Positions 24,475-33,523 of a stretch of 64,000 nucleotides of DNA are shown here, piece after piece. The position numbers and the translations under genes are program-made. Under the pieces are notes generated by a model. It saw nothing but the letters and a program-made list of their open reading frames with translations, did no database searches and was not told the DNA's origin. The stretch comes from an uncultured delta proteobacterium. GTDB lineage: Bacteria > Desulfobacterota > WTBG01 > CAIYCZ01 > CAIRTM01. Position 1 is the first letter of the stretch. Every line of letters begins with the position of its first letter. The stretch is from positions 224,001 through 288,000 of the forward strand of contig CAWDSQ010000030.1 of NCBI GenBank assembly GCA_963804955.1, in the 5' to 3' direction.

Positions 24475-26418
24475 ATGTCTACCGTAATCATTAATTTAAA
24501 AGATTTTATTGTTGATCCCGAGAAGAGGATCGACCTTGTTTCTCGGCCGCCTCAGGAAGCTATAGGGATCATAAAAAATTCTTATGGTTTTCTTTCCAGC
24601 ACTATTGATGTCTCCATTGAGAATGGCTTTGCCATCATTAGCCTTATAGAGCCCCCGCCACAAAGAGCCGATGAAGCAGAAAAAATATACACCAGGGGTG
24701 TTCGGGATGCTGAACAGGGCGATTATGCAAAAGCCATTAAACGATTCCAGCAGGTCATTGAAATTTTACCTTTTCATATAGACGCCCGCCGCAATCTCGC
24801 CATGGCTTATCTTGAATCAAAAAACTTTGCCAAGGCAAAAGAACATCTTATGGAGTGTTCGCATCTTGATCCCAATAATGTCTGGACGCTTATACTTCTG
24901 GGAAACCTCTACGGTAAGCACGAACGCAACTTTCCGGTTGCTGAATTCTATTATGAAAAAGGGTTTTCTGTGAATCCGCACGACAGTATCCTGCTGAACA
25001 ATTATGCAGCCATAAAAATGGAACTGAAAGATTATTCAGGTGCACAAGACCTCTTTGAAAAAGCCCTGGCTGCCGACCCTTCATATCCAAACACTTATCT
25101 TGGCCTGTCCATGCTGTATCAATCGATGGGCAATGTAGAAGAATCTTCTCAGGTGTTGGACAAGTTATTTGAACAGCCGAAATCTTCAGATGTGCGCTCA
25201 ACGCCTATTTATAAATATGCCCGAGATCTGTATCTTGATCTTAATAAACAGCGGGCGGAAAAAGAATATGATCAGATGATGAGCGCTATTTCCATACAGC
25301 AGAAAAAGTTAGGAGAAGAGACGGGTTACCCTGTTCAAATCATTGAAGACAATACGCTGGAATATATATCCGGCACTGCGCAGATGGCCTGGAAACATAA
25401 CCGCGAAGATCATGTTATAAGATATCGGAACAAATCAGCTGCCATAACGCCGCATTTGCTGGCCCATGAAATGGAGCATATTGTTCTTGAGAAAAATGCA
25501 CGGCAGGCCCACCGCAATAAATATTTTATGACAACGCCAACTACGCGAGAGCACAGTATCCGGGCTGTTGGCGACCATATTTTCAAGCTAAAAAAGCAAG
25601 GATATCCTGAGAATGAGCTTTCATCAATAATTCCACAGCTCATAAGTGGTCTGTGCAATCAGTTGTTTAACTGCCCAATTGATATGATGGTAGAATATAA
25701 TCTTTACGAAAAGTATCCGGCAATGCGCACCAGCCAGATCGTATCCCTTCATCAGTTGAATCTTGAAGCGATGAAGATTTTTTCCAGCCAGGATATAAAA
25801 CGGTTTACCCCCCCCTTCATGTATCGTGCCAGTATCACATTAAATTGTGCCACAGCACTTTTTGTTGATCAGCTTTTCAAAAATAGAACCGACTACGCAG
25901 CACCTTATAAAACCTCCGACTTTTTTCAAACAGGCAGGCAGCTTTTTGATGTCTGGAAAAAGCGCTGCGCTGATTTCCATCCCGGCGATGAATATGATTT
26001 GGTGGATGAATACGCCCGCCTGCTGAAGCTCCAACAGTGGTATGTCTGGAACGACGACATTTCCGTTTCTGCATCTCTAAGCAATTCTGAAAATCCAAGA
26101 GAACCCGTCACAGCAGATTTGCCCGAAACCTACACCTATTGTCTTGAGGCCTTAAAACGGTTTGATGGAAAATTGCGTGATGAAATTTTCAAGATCGCCT
26201 CAGAGATCGGACTGCTCGGCACCAAAGGTATTGATCACACCACACCGGACAAAACCTACACGCTCAAATCCTACCCCAACGAGACATTCACCGGCATGCA
26301 TCTGCTTTGTCTCATGTATGTCGGCTTTAAATTGATTGAGCCTGACCTTAACACAGGGCTTGATTTTAAAGACGCCTACGAAATGGCGCTAGAGGCGCAT
26401 AAAGCCAGAATTCATTAG
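24475..26418 (+). CDS. TPR-repeat protein with HEXXH metallopeptidase-like motif
   Basis: Several TPR-like helical repeats in the N-terminal half; LLAHEMEH. Confidence 0.8.
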   Translation: MSTVIINLKDFIVDPEKRIDLVSRPPQEAIGIIKNSYGFLSSTIDVSIENGFAIISLIEPPPQRADEAEKIYTRGVRDAEQGDYAKAIKRFQQVIEILPFHIDARRNLAMAYLESKNFAKAKEHLMECSHLDPNNVWTLILLGNLYGKHERNFPVAEFYYEKGFSVNPHDSILLNNYAAIKMELKDYSGAQDLFEKALAADPSYPNTYLGLSMLYQSMGNVEESSQVLDKLFEQPKSSDVRSTPIYKYARDLYLDLNKQRAEKEYDQMMSAISIQQKKLGEETGYPVQIIEDNTLEYISGTAQMAWKHNREDHVIRYRNKSAAITPHLLAHEMEHIVLEKNARQAHRNKYFMTTPTTREHSIRAVGDHIFKLKKQGYPENELSSIIPQLISGLCNQLFNCPIDMMVEYNLYEKYPAMRTSQIVSLHQLNLEAMKIFSSQDIKRFTPPFMYRASITLNCATALFVDQLFKNRTDYAAPYKTSDFFQTGRQLFDVWKKRCADFHPGDEYDLVDEYARLLKLQQWYVWNDDISVSASLSNSENPREPVTADLPETYTYCLEALKRFDGKLRDEIFKIASEIGLLGTKGIDHTTPDKTYTLKSYPNETFTGMHLLCLMYVGFKLIEPDLNTGLDFKDAYEMALEAHKARIH

Positions 26419-26455
26419 GGTATGGGCTAAACGCATTTGCCAGTGAGGAGGGATT

Positions 26456-26944
26456 ATGGCCCAAGTTATTATCCAACCTGCAGCAAATGACCTCGCGTTT
26501 GAGCATTATCGTAATACAGTTTTAAGAAAAGTGTCTTTAACTGCAATTTTTCCACAAGTTGATGAAAAAAAATTCCTTAGATTAAAAAATATTTATCGTT
26601 AATCCGATGTTTCTGTTTGGGGTGTTAAACAAGGCGTCCGGAATAGTTGGGCAATAATGCAGCCTGATGACATTGTCCTTTTCTTTCGGGACAACAGAGT
26701 AATGGCTAATGCCGTTGTAACGTTTACAATGCACTCAGCAAAATTAGCAGAAAAACTTTGGGGTTTTGATGAAGGGTGCACCACTTGGGAATACATTTAT
26801 TTTCTTAAGGAAGTTCAAATGATTGATGTTCCGATGGGTCTAATTAATATAGCAGCCGGCTATCCGTTGAATCGTATCCATAGAAGGCTTAATGTTTTAA
26901 CTGCTGTGCAGAGTGCAGCGGTTATAAACAGGCTCAATCTATAA
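26456..26944 (+). pseudogene. PUA/EVE-like nucleic-acid-binding protein interrupted by in-frame TAA at 26600-26602
   Basis: SD gaggag; MAQVIIQPAAN...IYR*SDVSVWGV...W.IMQPDDIVLF...LWG...TWEYIYFL all in one frame. Confidence 0.6.
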
Positions 26945-26989
26945 CCATATTTAATTAAAAATATTTTAGGCTAACTGGTTGGGTACACA

Positions 26990-27328
26990 ATGGATACACT
27001 AATAAAAAAACTCGGACAATTCGCAAAAGAACGTGACTGGGAGCAATTTCACTCACCAAAAAATCTTTCTATGGCTTTGGCGGTTGAAGTAGCCGAACTG
27101 TTAGAACATTTTCAGTGGCTGACTGAAGAACAAAGCCGCAAGCTTGATCCAAAAACCTTAGCAAAGGTTAAAGAAGAAATTGGGGATACTCAGATTTACC
27201 TTGCACGCTTAGCAGATCAGCTCGGTATTGACCCTCTTGACGCAGCGAATGAAAAACTTATAAAAAATGCAGTTAAGTATCCCATCGAAAAGGCTAAGGG
27301 ATCGGCCAAAAAGTACACAGAGTTATAA
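26990..27328 (+). CDS. MazG-like nucleotide pyrophosphohydrolase
   Basis: ERDWEQFHSPKNL, EVAELLE, EEIGD. Confidence 0.92.
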   Translation: MDTLIKKLGQFAKERDWEQFHSPKNLSMALAVEVAELLEHFQWLTEEQSRKLDPKTLAKVKEEIGDTQIYLARLADQLGIDPLDAANEKLIKNAVKYPIEKAKGSAKKYTEL

Positions 27329-27331
27329 AGT

Positions 27332-29692
27332 ATGCTGATTTACCAAGATACCACTGCGCAGTTTATAAAAGATATCAGGGAAAATATAATTACTGATATC
27401 ATGTCGCGTAATTTTATTCAGCGACTAGGCAGAAAACCTGTGCGTAGCGAATCTGCTTCTTGGCAAAATTCTTTGCCGCGGGTAAGGGATTTAATTGAAA
27501 TTGCAGAGCTTTATGATAACAAAATAGCCTTGGAATATGAAGTTCCGTACATTCAAAACAGGATAGATTGTTTGCTTTTTGGTAAAGGTGAAAACGATTC
27601 TGATAATATCGTTCTACTAGAACTAAAACAATGGACCTCTGTGCAGGCATTAGAAATTGATGGTAATTTTGTTGAAACTTATACTGGTGGCAGGGATAGA
27701 GTTGTTGCTCATCCTTCGCAACAGGTCCAAGGCTATAGCAACTATCTAAAAGGTTTCATTGAAGGCTTTGATGCAAAACCGCCACTGGTGCTTTTTAGCT
27801 GCTCTTATTGTCATAATTACAAAAAAAATGCTGCTGATGGTCTGTTTAACCCAATTTATCAAAAGCTTATTGAGGAATACCCTGTATACACAAAAAATGA
27901 CACAATGTTATTAGCGAATAAAATAAAAGAATTACTCAAGGAAGGAAAAGGATTTGAAATCTTTAACCGTTTTATGCAAAGCCCTGTTCGCCCTACGAAG
28001 AAGCTGCTTGAAAATGTTGCAAGGGTAATACGGAATGAGGTGGTTTTTTCGTTATTAAATGAGCAACTAGTCGCTAAAAATCTTATATGGTCAAAAGTTG
28101 CTAGGGCTGACAAAACTCAACATAAATCTGTAATTATTGTCCATGGCGGCCCTGGCACAGGTAAATCTGTTATTGCAATAAACATTTTGGCAGAAGCAGC
28201 CCAACGCCGTAAAAAAGTTTTTTATGGATGCAAGTCAAAGCCTTTTACCGAAGGTCTTAAATCACTTGTTGGCAGAGATGGTGCTTTGCTTTTTTCAAAT
28301 TTATATCGTTTTATTCCAAGCAGGGTTCAAGAAAATGAATTGGATTTGCTGCTCATAGATGAGGCCCACAGGATTGAAAAAAACAGTAACCATCAACACA
28401 CAAGGCGCACAGATAGAACTGATATGCCACAAATTGATCAATTGATTAGATGCGCAAAAACATCGGTTTTCTTCATTGATGATAAGCAAAACGTAAGATG
28501 GAAAGAAATTGGCAATTCTCAACTAATAAAAGACACTGCAATACAGTACAAATGCGAATTTGAAGAAGTTACATTAGAAACCCAATACAGATGTATGGGC
28601 TCTAATGATTATTTGCTTTGGATTGAATCTGTTTTGGGTTATGCAAGCGAAAAACGCATTTTGAGAAAAGATGAACTGTTCGACTTTAAAATTTTTGATA
28701 ATCCCCAAGCCTTATATAATGCGCTTGCAATAAAAGAAGCTGAAAAACATAATTCAGCACGATTAGTTGCCGGATTTTGTTGGCCATGGAGCCAAAATTT
28801 AGCAGTCGATGGGTCACTAGTGAACGATGTAAAAATTGGCGATTTTGCCATGCCATGGGAAACACATGATAAGATAACTCGGCCACCCAGAGGCTTTGTT
28901 AAATGGTTTGAATGGGCTTATAAACCCGAAGGATTTAAACAGGTTGGATGCATTTATACTGCACAGGGTTTTGAATTCGACTATATTGGTGTCATTGTTG
29001 GAGATGACCTGTCCTGTGACATTAAAAACAACTGTTTAGTGGGCAATATTGCCGCAACAAAAGATCCAGTATTGCGACAGCATGGTGAAGATTTTGACCG
29101 ATATGTGAAAAACATTTATAGAACTTTACTCACTAGAGGGATGAAAGGTTGTTTTGTCTATTTTACAAACGGGAATACAAGAAAATTTTTTGAACAGTAT
29201 CTGGAATCCAAAGCTGAAGTAATTGAACTAATTCCATATGTCAATTCTCTGCCATTAGTTGAACTCAGAGCTGCAGCCGATTCAGGATATGCAACTACTG
29301 ATGGTGTTTTTACAGACGACTCTAGTATTAAATTAATTTCCGTTGAAGGTGGTCCTTTTCAAAAGGATCGCTTCGTTGTAAGAGCTGACGGCGATTCAAT
29401 GGAACCACATATCCCTGACGGAAGTTTGTGCCTTTTTCGAAAAGACCTAGGGGGCAGCAGAAATGGTAAAATTGTTCTTTGCCGAATAGAAGGATTTGCG
29501 GGTGAATTTCCTTTTGCGGTTATAAAACGCTACCAAAGTGCCCGATCCCCTTCGGATGAAAGCTTAGGGATGGCTCAAAAAATCGTTTTGTCATCATTAA
29601 ATACGAATCATGAACCTATTGTCCTGTCTGATGGCGATGAGTTTTCAATTTTAGGAATTTTTGAACGAGTTATCTCTGAAGAAAAAGCTTAA
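27332..29692 (+). CDS. DUF2075 (Schlafen group 3-like) nuclease-helicase with C-terminal S24 peptidase-like domain
   Basis: LEY..RID..ELKQW (PD-(D/E)XK-like), GGPGTGKS, IDEAHR, YTAQGFEFDY, LLTRG; C-terminal GDSMEP...KR. Confidence 0.85.
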   Translation: MLIYQDTTAQFIKDIRENIITDIMSRNFIQRLGRKPVRSESASWQNSLPRVRDLIEIAELYDNKIALEYEVPYIQNRIDCLLFGKGENDSDNIVLLELKQWTSVQALEIDGNFVETYTGGRDRVVAHPSQQVQGYSNYLKGFIEGFDAKPPLVLFSCSYCHNYKKNAADGLFNPIYQKLIEEYPVYTKNDTMLLANKIKELLKEGKGFEIFNRFMQSPVRPTKKLLENVARVIRNEVVFSLLNEQLVAKNLIWSKVARADKTQHKSVIIVHGGPGTGKSVIAINILAEAAQRRKKVFYGCKSKPFTEGLKSLVGRDGALLFSNLYRFIPSRVQENELDLLLIDEAHRIEKNSNHQHTRRTDRTDMPQIDQLIRCAKTSVFFIDDKQNVRWKEIGNSQLIKDTAIQYKCEFEEVTLETQYRCMGSNDYLLWIESVLGYASEKRILRKDELFDFKIFDNPQALYNALAIKEAEKHNSARLVAGFCWPWSQNLAVDGSLVNDVKIGDFAMPWETHDKITRPPRGFVKWFEWAYKPEGFKQVGCIYTAQGFEFDYIGVIVGDDLSCDIKNNCLVGNIAATKDPVLRQHGEDFDRYVKNIYRTLLTRGMKGCFVYFTNGNTRKFFEQYLESKAEVIELIPYVNSLPLVELRAAADSGYATTDGVFTDDSSIKLISVEGGPFQKDRFVVRADGDSMEPHIPDGSLCLFRKDLGGSRNGKIVLCRIEGFAGEFPFAVIKRYQSARSPSDESLGMAQKIVLSSLNTNHEPIVLSDGDEFSILGIFERVISEEKA

Positions 29693-29781
29693 GAAGAAAA
29701 TGGGGGAAAAGATTTTTACTGCCCCGCAACTCTGCTGTAACCGTACTTTAATCTGAAAGCCCGGCACCAGACAAGTCATGT

Positions 29782-30363
29782 ATGGTGAAAATGGACAGAA
29801 ATGCATTTGAAGTCCTATGCGAAGCGCGATACTGCTGGCGGCTGGGATGCACGACCTGCGGCACCTGGCCGCTCAAAGCTGATCTGTATAGGCTGATTTT
29901 AGGCTTTCATCCGGATGATCCTGATTGGCAATGCGAGTTCCGCTGCGTTGAGACGGAAACAGGCACAGCGCCGTATCTTGAAATCGTTGTGCAGCCAGAA
30001 AGGGGAAAATTCCCCAGCCGCTATCCCGAGTATCCGCCCCCACGGGAATTATCCGAAACAGATCAGTTAAAGCTTCAAACTGTGGTGAAAGATGTGCGCA
30101 TTGCCCGTCTCAATATGGCCGAGCCCCGGTGGCTGGGATATTTGGGCGTTGCCCTGAAATGGTGCGAAGAGGTTGAACAGCACAACAAAATTCTTACCCA
30201 TGCCCTTGTGCCGCAATTTGCAGAACTTCTGGCATCCGGCCAACCCCATGCCCGGCAAAGTTTCCAGCATATTATAGATAGTCATCTTACCTGGCAGAAT
30301 CTGGAAGAAGTTGAGCGCGCCTTACTGTGGGGCAACATTATAAAACGATCGGCGCCTTGGTAA
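29782..30363 (+). CDS. Hypothetical protein with N-terminal Cys cluster
   Basis: 193-aa ORF, CEARYCWRLGCTTCG. Confidence 0.65.
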   Translation: MVKMDRNAFEVLCEARYCWRLGCTTCGTWPLKADLYRLILGFHPDDPDWQCEFRCVETETGTAPYLEIVVQPERGKFPSRYPEYPPPRELSETDQLKLQTVVKDVRIARLNMAEPRWLGYLGVALKWCEEVEQHNKILTHALVPQFAELLASGQPHARQSFQHIIDSHLTWQNLEEVERALLWGNIIKRSAPW

Positions 30364-30496
30364 AAAAATAATCACTTGGCAAGCCGGCAGCCCTTCACCA
30401 AGCCCAGCTTTCCCTCAAAACAATCCCCGAATACAGCCACCCGTATTTCTGGGAGCCATTTGAGATGATCGGGGACTGGAGGTAAACTTTTAACCT

Positions 30497-30525
30497 TGAC
30501 TCTGTCTTTAGCCGGTGCTACTTTT
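30497..30525 (+). promoter_or_regulatory. Putative sigma70 promoter of the phd-vapC operon
   Basis: TTGACT-17 bp-TACTTT with extended TG. Confidence 0.5.
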
Positions 30526-30551
30526 TTTAAACAGCCTAAGGAGCATATTAT

Positions 30552-30788
30552 ATGGAAACAATTCCAATCACAAAATTCAAGGCATCCTGTTTGTCAGCAC
30601 TTCAAAAAGTTAATAAAACCGGTCAGCCCCTTCTGATTACAAAAAGCGGGCAACCGGTAGCCATGGTGACTACGCCACCCGGCAATGCTAACACAGGTGA
30701 AGCGTTTGGATGTATGAAAAACGCAATAAAAATACAGGGTGATATTCTCAGCCCCCTTTCTAAAAAAGGCTGGGAAGCCCTGCGCTGA
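30552..30788 (+). CDS. Phd/YefM family antitoxin
   Basis: ITKFKASCL...ITKSGQPVAMV; overlaps the PIN gene start. Confidence 0.88.
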   Translation: METIPITKFKASCLSALQKVNKTGQPLLITKSGQPVAMVTTPPGNANTGEAFGCMKNAIKIQGDILSPLSKKGWEALR

Positions 30789-31183
30789 TGAGAATTCTTA
30801 TAGATACACATATCTGGCTATGGAATCTTGCGGGCAGCCCGGAGCTCCCCTCATATTTTAAAGACCTTCTTGCAAACAGCAGGCATGAAATATGGCTTTC
30901 CCCAATTACCTTATGGGAGGTACTGGTGCTGGCAGAGAAGGGGAGAATCCGTCTTAATAATACTCCCGACGCCTTTATAGAAAAGGCCCTGCAATTGTGG
31001 CCGGTGAAAGAGGCCCCGCTGGATTTTAGAATTGCCCGAAAAAGCCAGGAAATTAAACTGCCACATCAAGACCCCGCTGACCGTTTCATTGCTGCAACAG
31101 CCATAGTCTATGATCTCCGGCTGATGACAGTCGATAAACGGCTAATCGCAGCTTCAGAAGTGCCGACAATCGCCAAAAAATAA
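30788..31183 (+). CDS. vapC: VapC/PIN toxin
   Basis: ILIDTHIWLW, SPITLWE, HQDPADR, TVD. Confidence 0.9.
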   Translation: MRILIDTHIWLWNLAGSPELPSYFKDLLANSRHEIWLSPITLWEVLVLAEKGRIRLNNTPDAFIEKALQLWPVKEAPLDFRIARKSQEIKLPHQDPADRFIAATAIVYDLRLMTVDKRLIAASEVPTIAKK

Positions 31184-31559
31184 AACTTTGAAAAAGCCCA
31201 CGCCCTGCGCCAGTCTCAACTCGCGAGAAAAAAAGACGGTTCTATTTAACGTCATTTTTTCGGCTTGTCATCAAATTCAAAAAATGATTTTGCAGGTCGT
31301 TCGCCACAGTGGAGGCCCGGCATGTCTCTGCCGGATAAATGCCGACCAAGCACCGACTAAGCACCGACTAAGCGACAAGTCAAAAAACAGAAACGGTTTC
31401 ATTTATTAACATCAAGAGACTCATTGTTGAGGGGAACATAGAAAAGCAATAGAAAGGCAGAATGAGGAAACAGTCACCTGTTGTTTTGAAATTTATTGAC
31501 TGAAATTGAATAGCAGGCTATATTTATGTAAGAAATTCTTACTTATCGGGAGGTCAATA

Positions 31560-31829
31560 ATGAGTGCAGTCGAAATTACCAGCCTTTCCTCAAAGGGGCA
31601 GATTGTTATCCCAAGTTCCATTCGCAATGATCTGAAAATATCGGCGGGAGATAAATTTGCTATTATCTCCGATGGCGAAAATATTCTTCTTCGTCCGGTA
31701 GAGAAGCCGAAAATTGATAAATTTCGAGCACTCATTGCGGCGAGCAGAAAATATGCACGAGAGAATGGTCTGCAAAAGGAAGATGTCTTGAAAGCGGTAA
31801 AAAAGATTCGTCGTGAAAATCGTTCTTGA
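31560..31829 (+). CDS. AbrB/MazE/SpoVT family antitoxin
   Basis: SSKGQIVIPSSIR; SD ggagg. Confidence 0.88.
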   Translation: MSAVEITSLSSKGQIVIPSSIRNDLKISAGDKFAIISDGENILLRPVEKPKIDKFRALIAASRKYARENGLQKEDVLKAVKKIRRENRS

Positions 31830-31950
31830 TACAAATGTGTTGGTTTCGGGAATCTTTTGGGGCGGTATCCCTTTCAGGATATTGGAACATTGGATATCTG
31901 ATGACATAGAAAAATTATTGCAACGCCTGATATACTGAATGAATATGTGC
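31813..31950 (+). pseudogene. Truncated PIN-domain toxin
   Basis: GTG-KIVLDTNVLVSGIFWGG, then a frameshift (ATPDILNEY) and an abrupt end. Confidence 0.8.
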
Positions 31951-32012
31951 GGGGGCGGAAACAATAGAAACAATAAGGGACAGCCACCGATTAAATTCCC
32001 ATTCGTTCGAAT

Positions 32013-32258
32013 TTAACGAGTCGGTTCGGCATGCAGCTTAAGCCCCAGGGCTTGAAGCACTTTCATGACCGTATCGAAACGGGGTTTTGCTCCTGATGCG
32101 AAAGCTTTATAAAGACTCTCTCGCCCCAAGCCGGAATCACGGGCAATTGTGGCCATTCCTCGCGCCTTGGCCACATCACCAACTGCCGCAAGCAGCAAAT
32201 CAAGATCATTTTTTTCCATAACGGCGGAAAGATACTCCGCTATGGTTTCCTCATTATC
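32013..32258 (-). pseudogene. N-terminally truncated addiction-module antidote (HigA-like Xre HTH)
   Basis: DNEETIAEYL...VAKARGM..IA..SGLGRESLYK...PRFDT; the start and the partner toxin are missing. Confidence 0.75.
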
Positions 32259-32486
32259 AGGAAAAATAGGAGATAACCACTAATTAAATTGTCAAGTGGC
32301 TGTTTATTTTATTGAAATTGCGGTAAGAAATCAAAGTGCCAGGTCGCGTTAGACTTTTGATGCTGATTAAATGGACCCGGCCTGCATTATTTTCATTTAT
32401 AGATTTCTTAGGCTGACTGTTACGTGCCATAAAGAAGGGGGTGAAGAGTACGCTCAAGCCCCCATGTAATCTCTTATAGGCAAATT

Positions 32487-32553
32487 CCCCGAAGCTCGCT
32501 TCGATTGGAAATAAAAACTAAAATCCCGAGTTACCCCGCAGTTTGTTGCGGGG
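32487..32553. mobile_element. Hairpins resembling IS200/IS605-family or MITE ends (remnant)
   Basis: cgaagctcgcttcg and ccccgcagtttgttgcgggg hairpins; no transposase nearby. Confidence 0.35.
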
Positions 32554-32999
32554 AGGTTTATTAGCAATAAAATGATAAAATTTAATAAAAATTAAATTTT
32601 TTTACTACGGCTCTTTTTTATTTTTGTCATAGAAAAAAATATTTTTTTTTCGTGGTTTTATGGCGGATTAAGATTTTTGATGTTATAATAAAAATAAATG
32701 GCTTAAATTTTATTTAATCCAGAAAACTTAGTTTTTCTAAGTAAAAAAGCAGTTCAAATAGGGATAAAATAAAGGGGGAAAAGCCCCTATTGATTCACTA
32801 GCGGTGAATTCACACAAAATCAGGTTGTAAATAAATCACCTTGTTTTTTTTGACATTTTTAAAGATTAAAAAAACAAAAGAATATTTTTTTAAACATTGA
32901 TTTTATTACGAAACATGTTATATATTTTTTAGGTATGAAATAATAAGGTTGCTAATCTGCAGCTTGGGCAAAAAAATAAAGCGAAAGGAGATATCTTAC

Positions 33000-33194
33000 A
33001 TGAAAAAGGAAGCAAGTGATTCAATTATTATGACAGTCGATGAAGTTGCTGAGTATTTGAAGCTTTCAAAAATCACTGTCTACAAACTCACCCAGAAGGG
33101 AGAGATCCCTGGTTTCAGAATTGGAAGTTCATGGCGATATAACCGTCAGGTTATAGACGAGATTGCAAGAGTTGGCACCAAAAAGAGCGCATAG
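33000..33194 (+). CDS. Excisionase-like HTH_17 DNA-binding protein
   Basis: MTVDEVAEYLKLSKITVYKL...IPGFRIGSSWR; SD aaggag. Confidence 0.88.
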   Translation: MKKEASDSIIMTVDEVAEYLKLSKITVYKLTQKGEIPGFRIGSSWRYNRQVIDEIARVGTKKSA

Positions 33195-33261
33195 TTTTGT
33201 AGCGCCCGCCATACTTTGTAACGCAAGAGATATAACGGACATAAAGGGGTTTGATTCCCTC

Positions 33262-33291
33262 AAAAGGTCTCCAGCATGCTGGAGACCTTTT
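33262..33291. terminator. Perfect 30-bp palindrome, likely bidirectional terminator
   Basis: aaaaggtctccagcatgctggagacctttt equals its own reverse complement. Confidence 0.7.
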
Positions 33292-33429
33292 CTTGTTGTC
33301 TGGATTATAATTGCCTTGAAATTACAGCGCGAATAAGCTAATGTAAGAACCTTATTTTCTGAATGGTTCTGTTTAGATTAATGTGTCATGAAGCCACGAA
33401 GGGTTGTGCACGAAAAGTAAGGAGGATTA

Positions 33430-33516
33430 ATGGGTAAGATAAGCCGTCAGCAGTCTGCTAAAAGAAAGAAAAGAAAAAGAAAAGTTAAAAGAATCGGTAG
33501 AGGAAAAAGAAGATAG
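33430..33516 (+). CDS. 28-aa Lys/Arg-rich peptide (not in ORF track)
   Basis: SD taaggagg, then MGKISRQQSAKRKKRKRKVKRIGRGKRR*. Confidence 0.7.
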   Translation: MGKISRQQSAKRKKRKRKVKRIGRGKRR

Positions 33517-33523
33517 TCCGCCA

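Noticed and set aside
31342..31372. aagcaccgact tandem repeat as a CRISPR or iteron array
   Set aside because: Only two to three short adjacent units with no spacers. No CRISPR array was seen anywhere in the window.
33244..33273. tRNA 3'-end/att-like sequence ggggtttgattccctc...cca
   Set aside because: The T-loop and spacing are imperfect, there is no second copy or integrase, and it overlaps the terminator palindrome.
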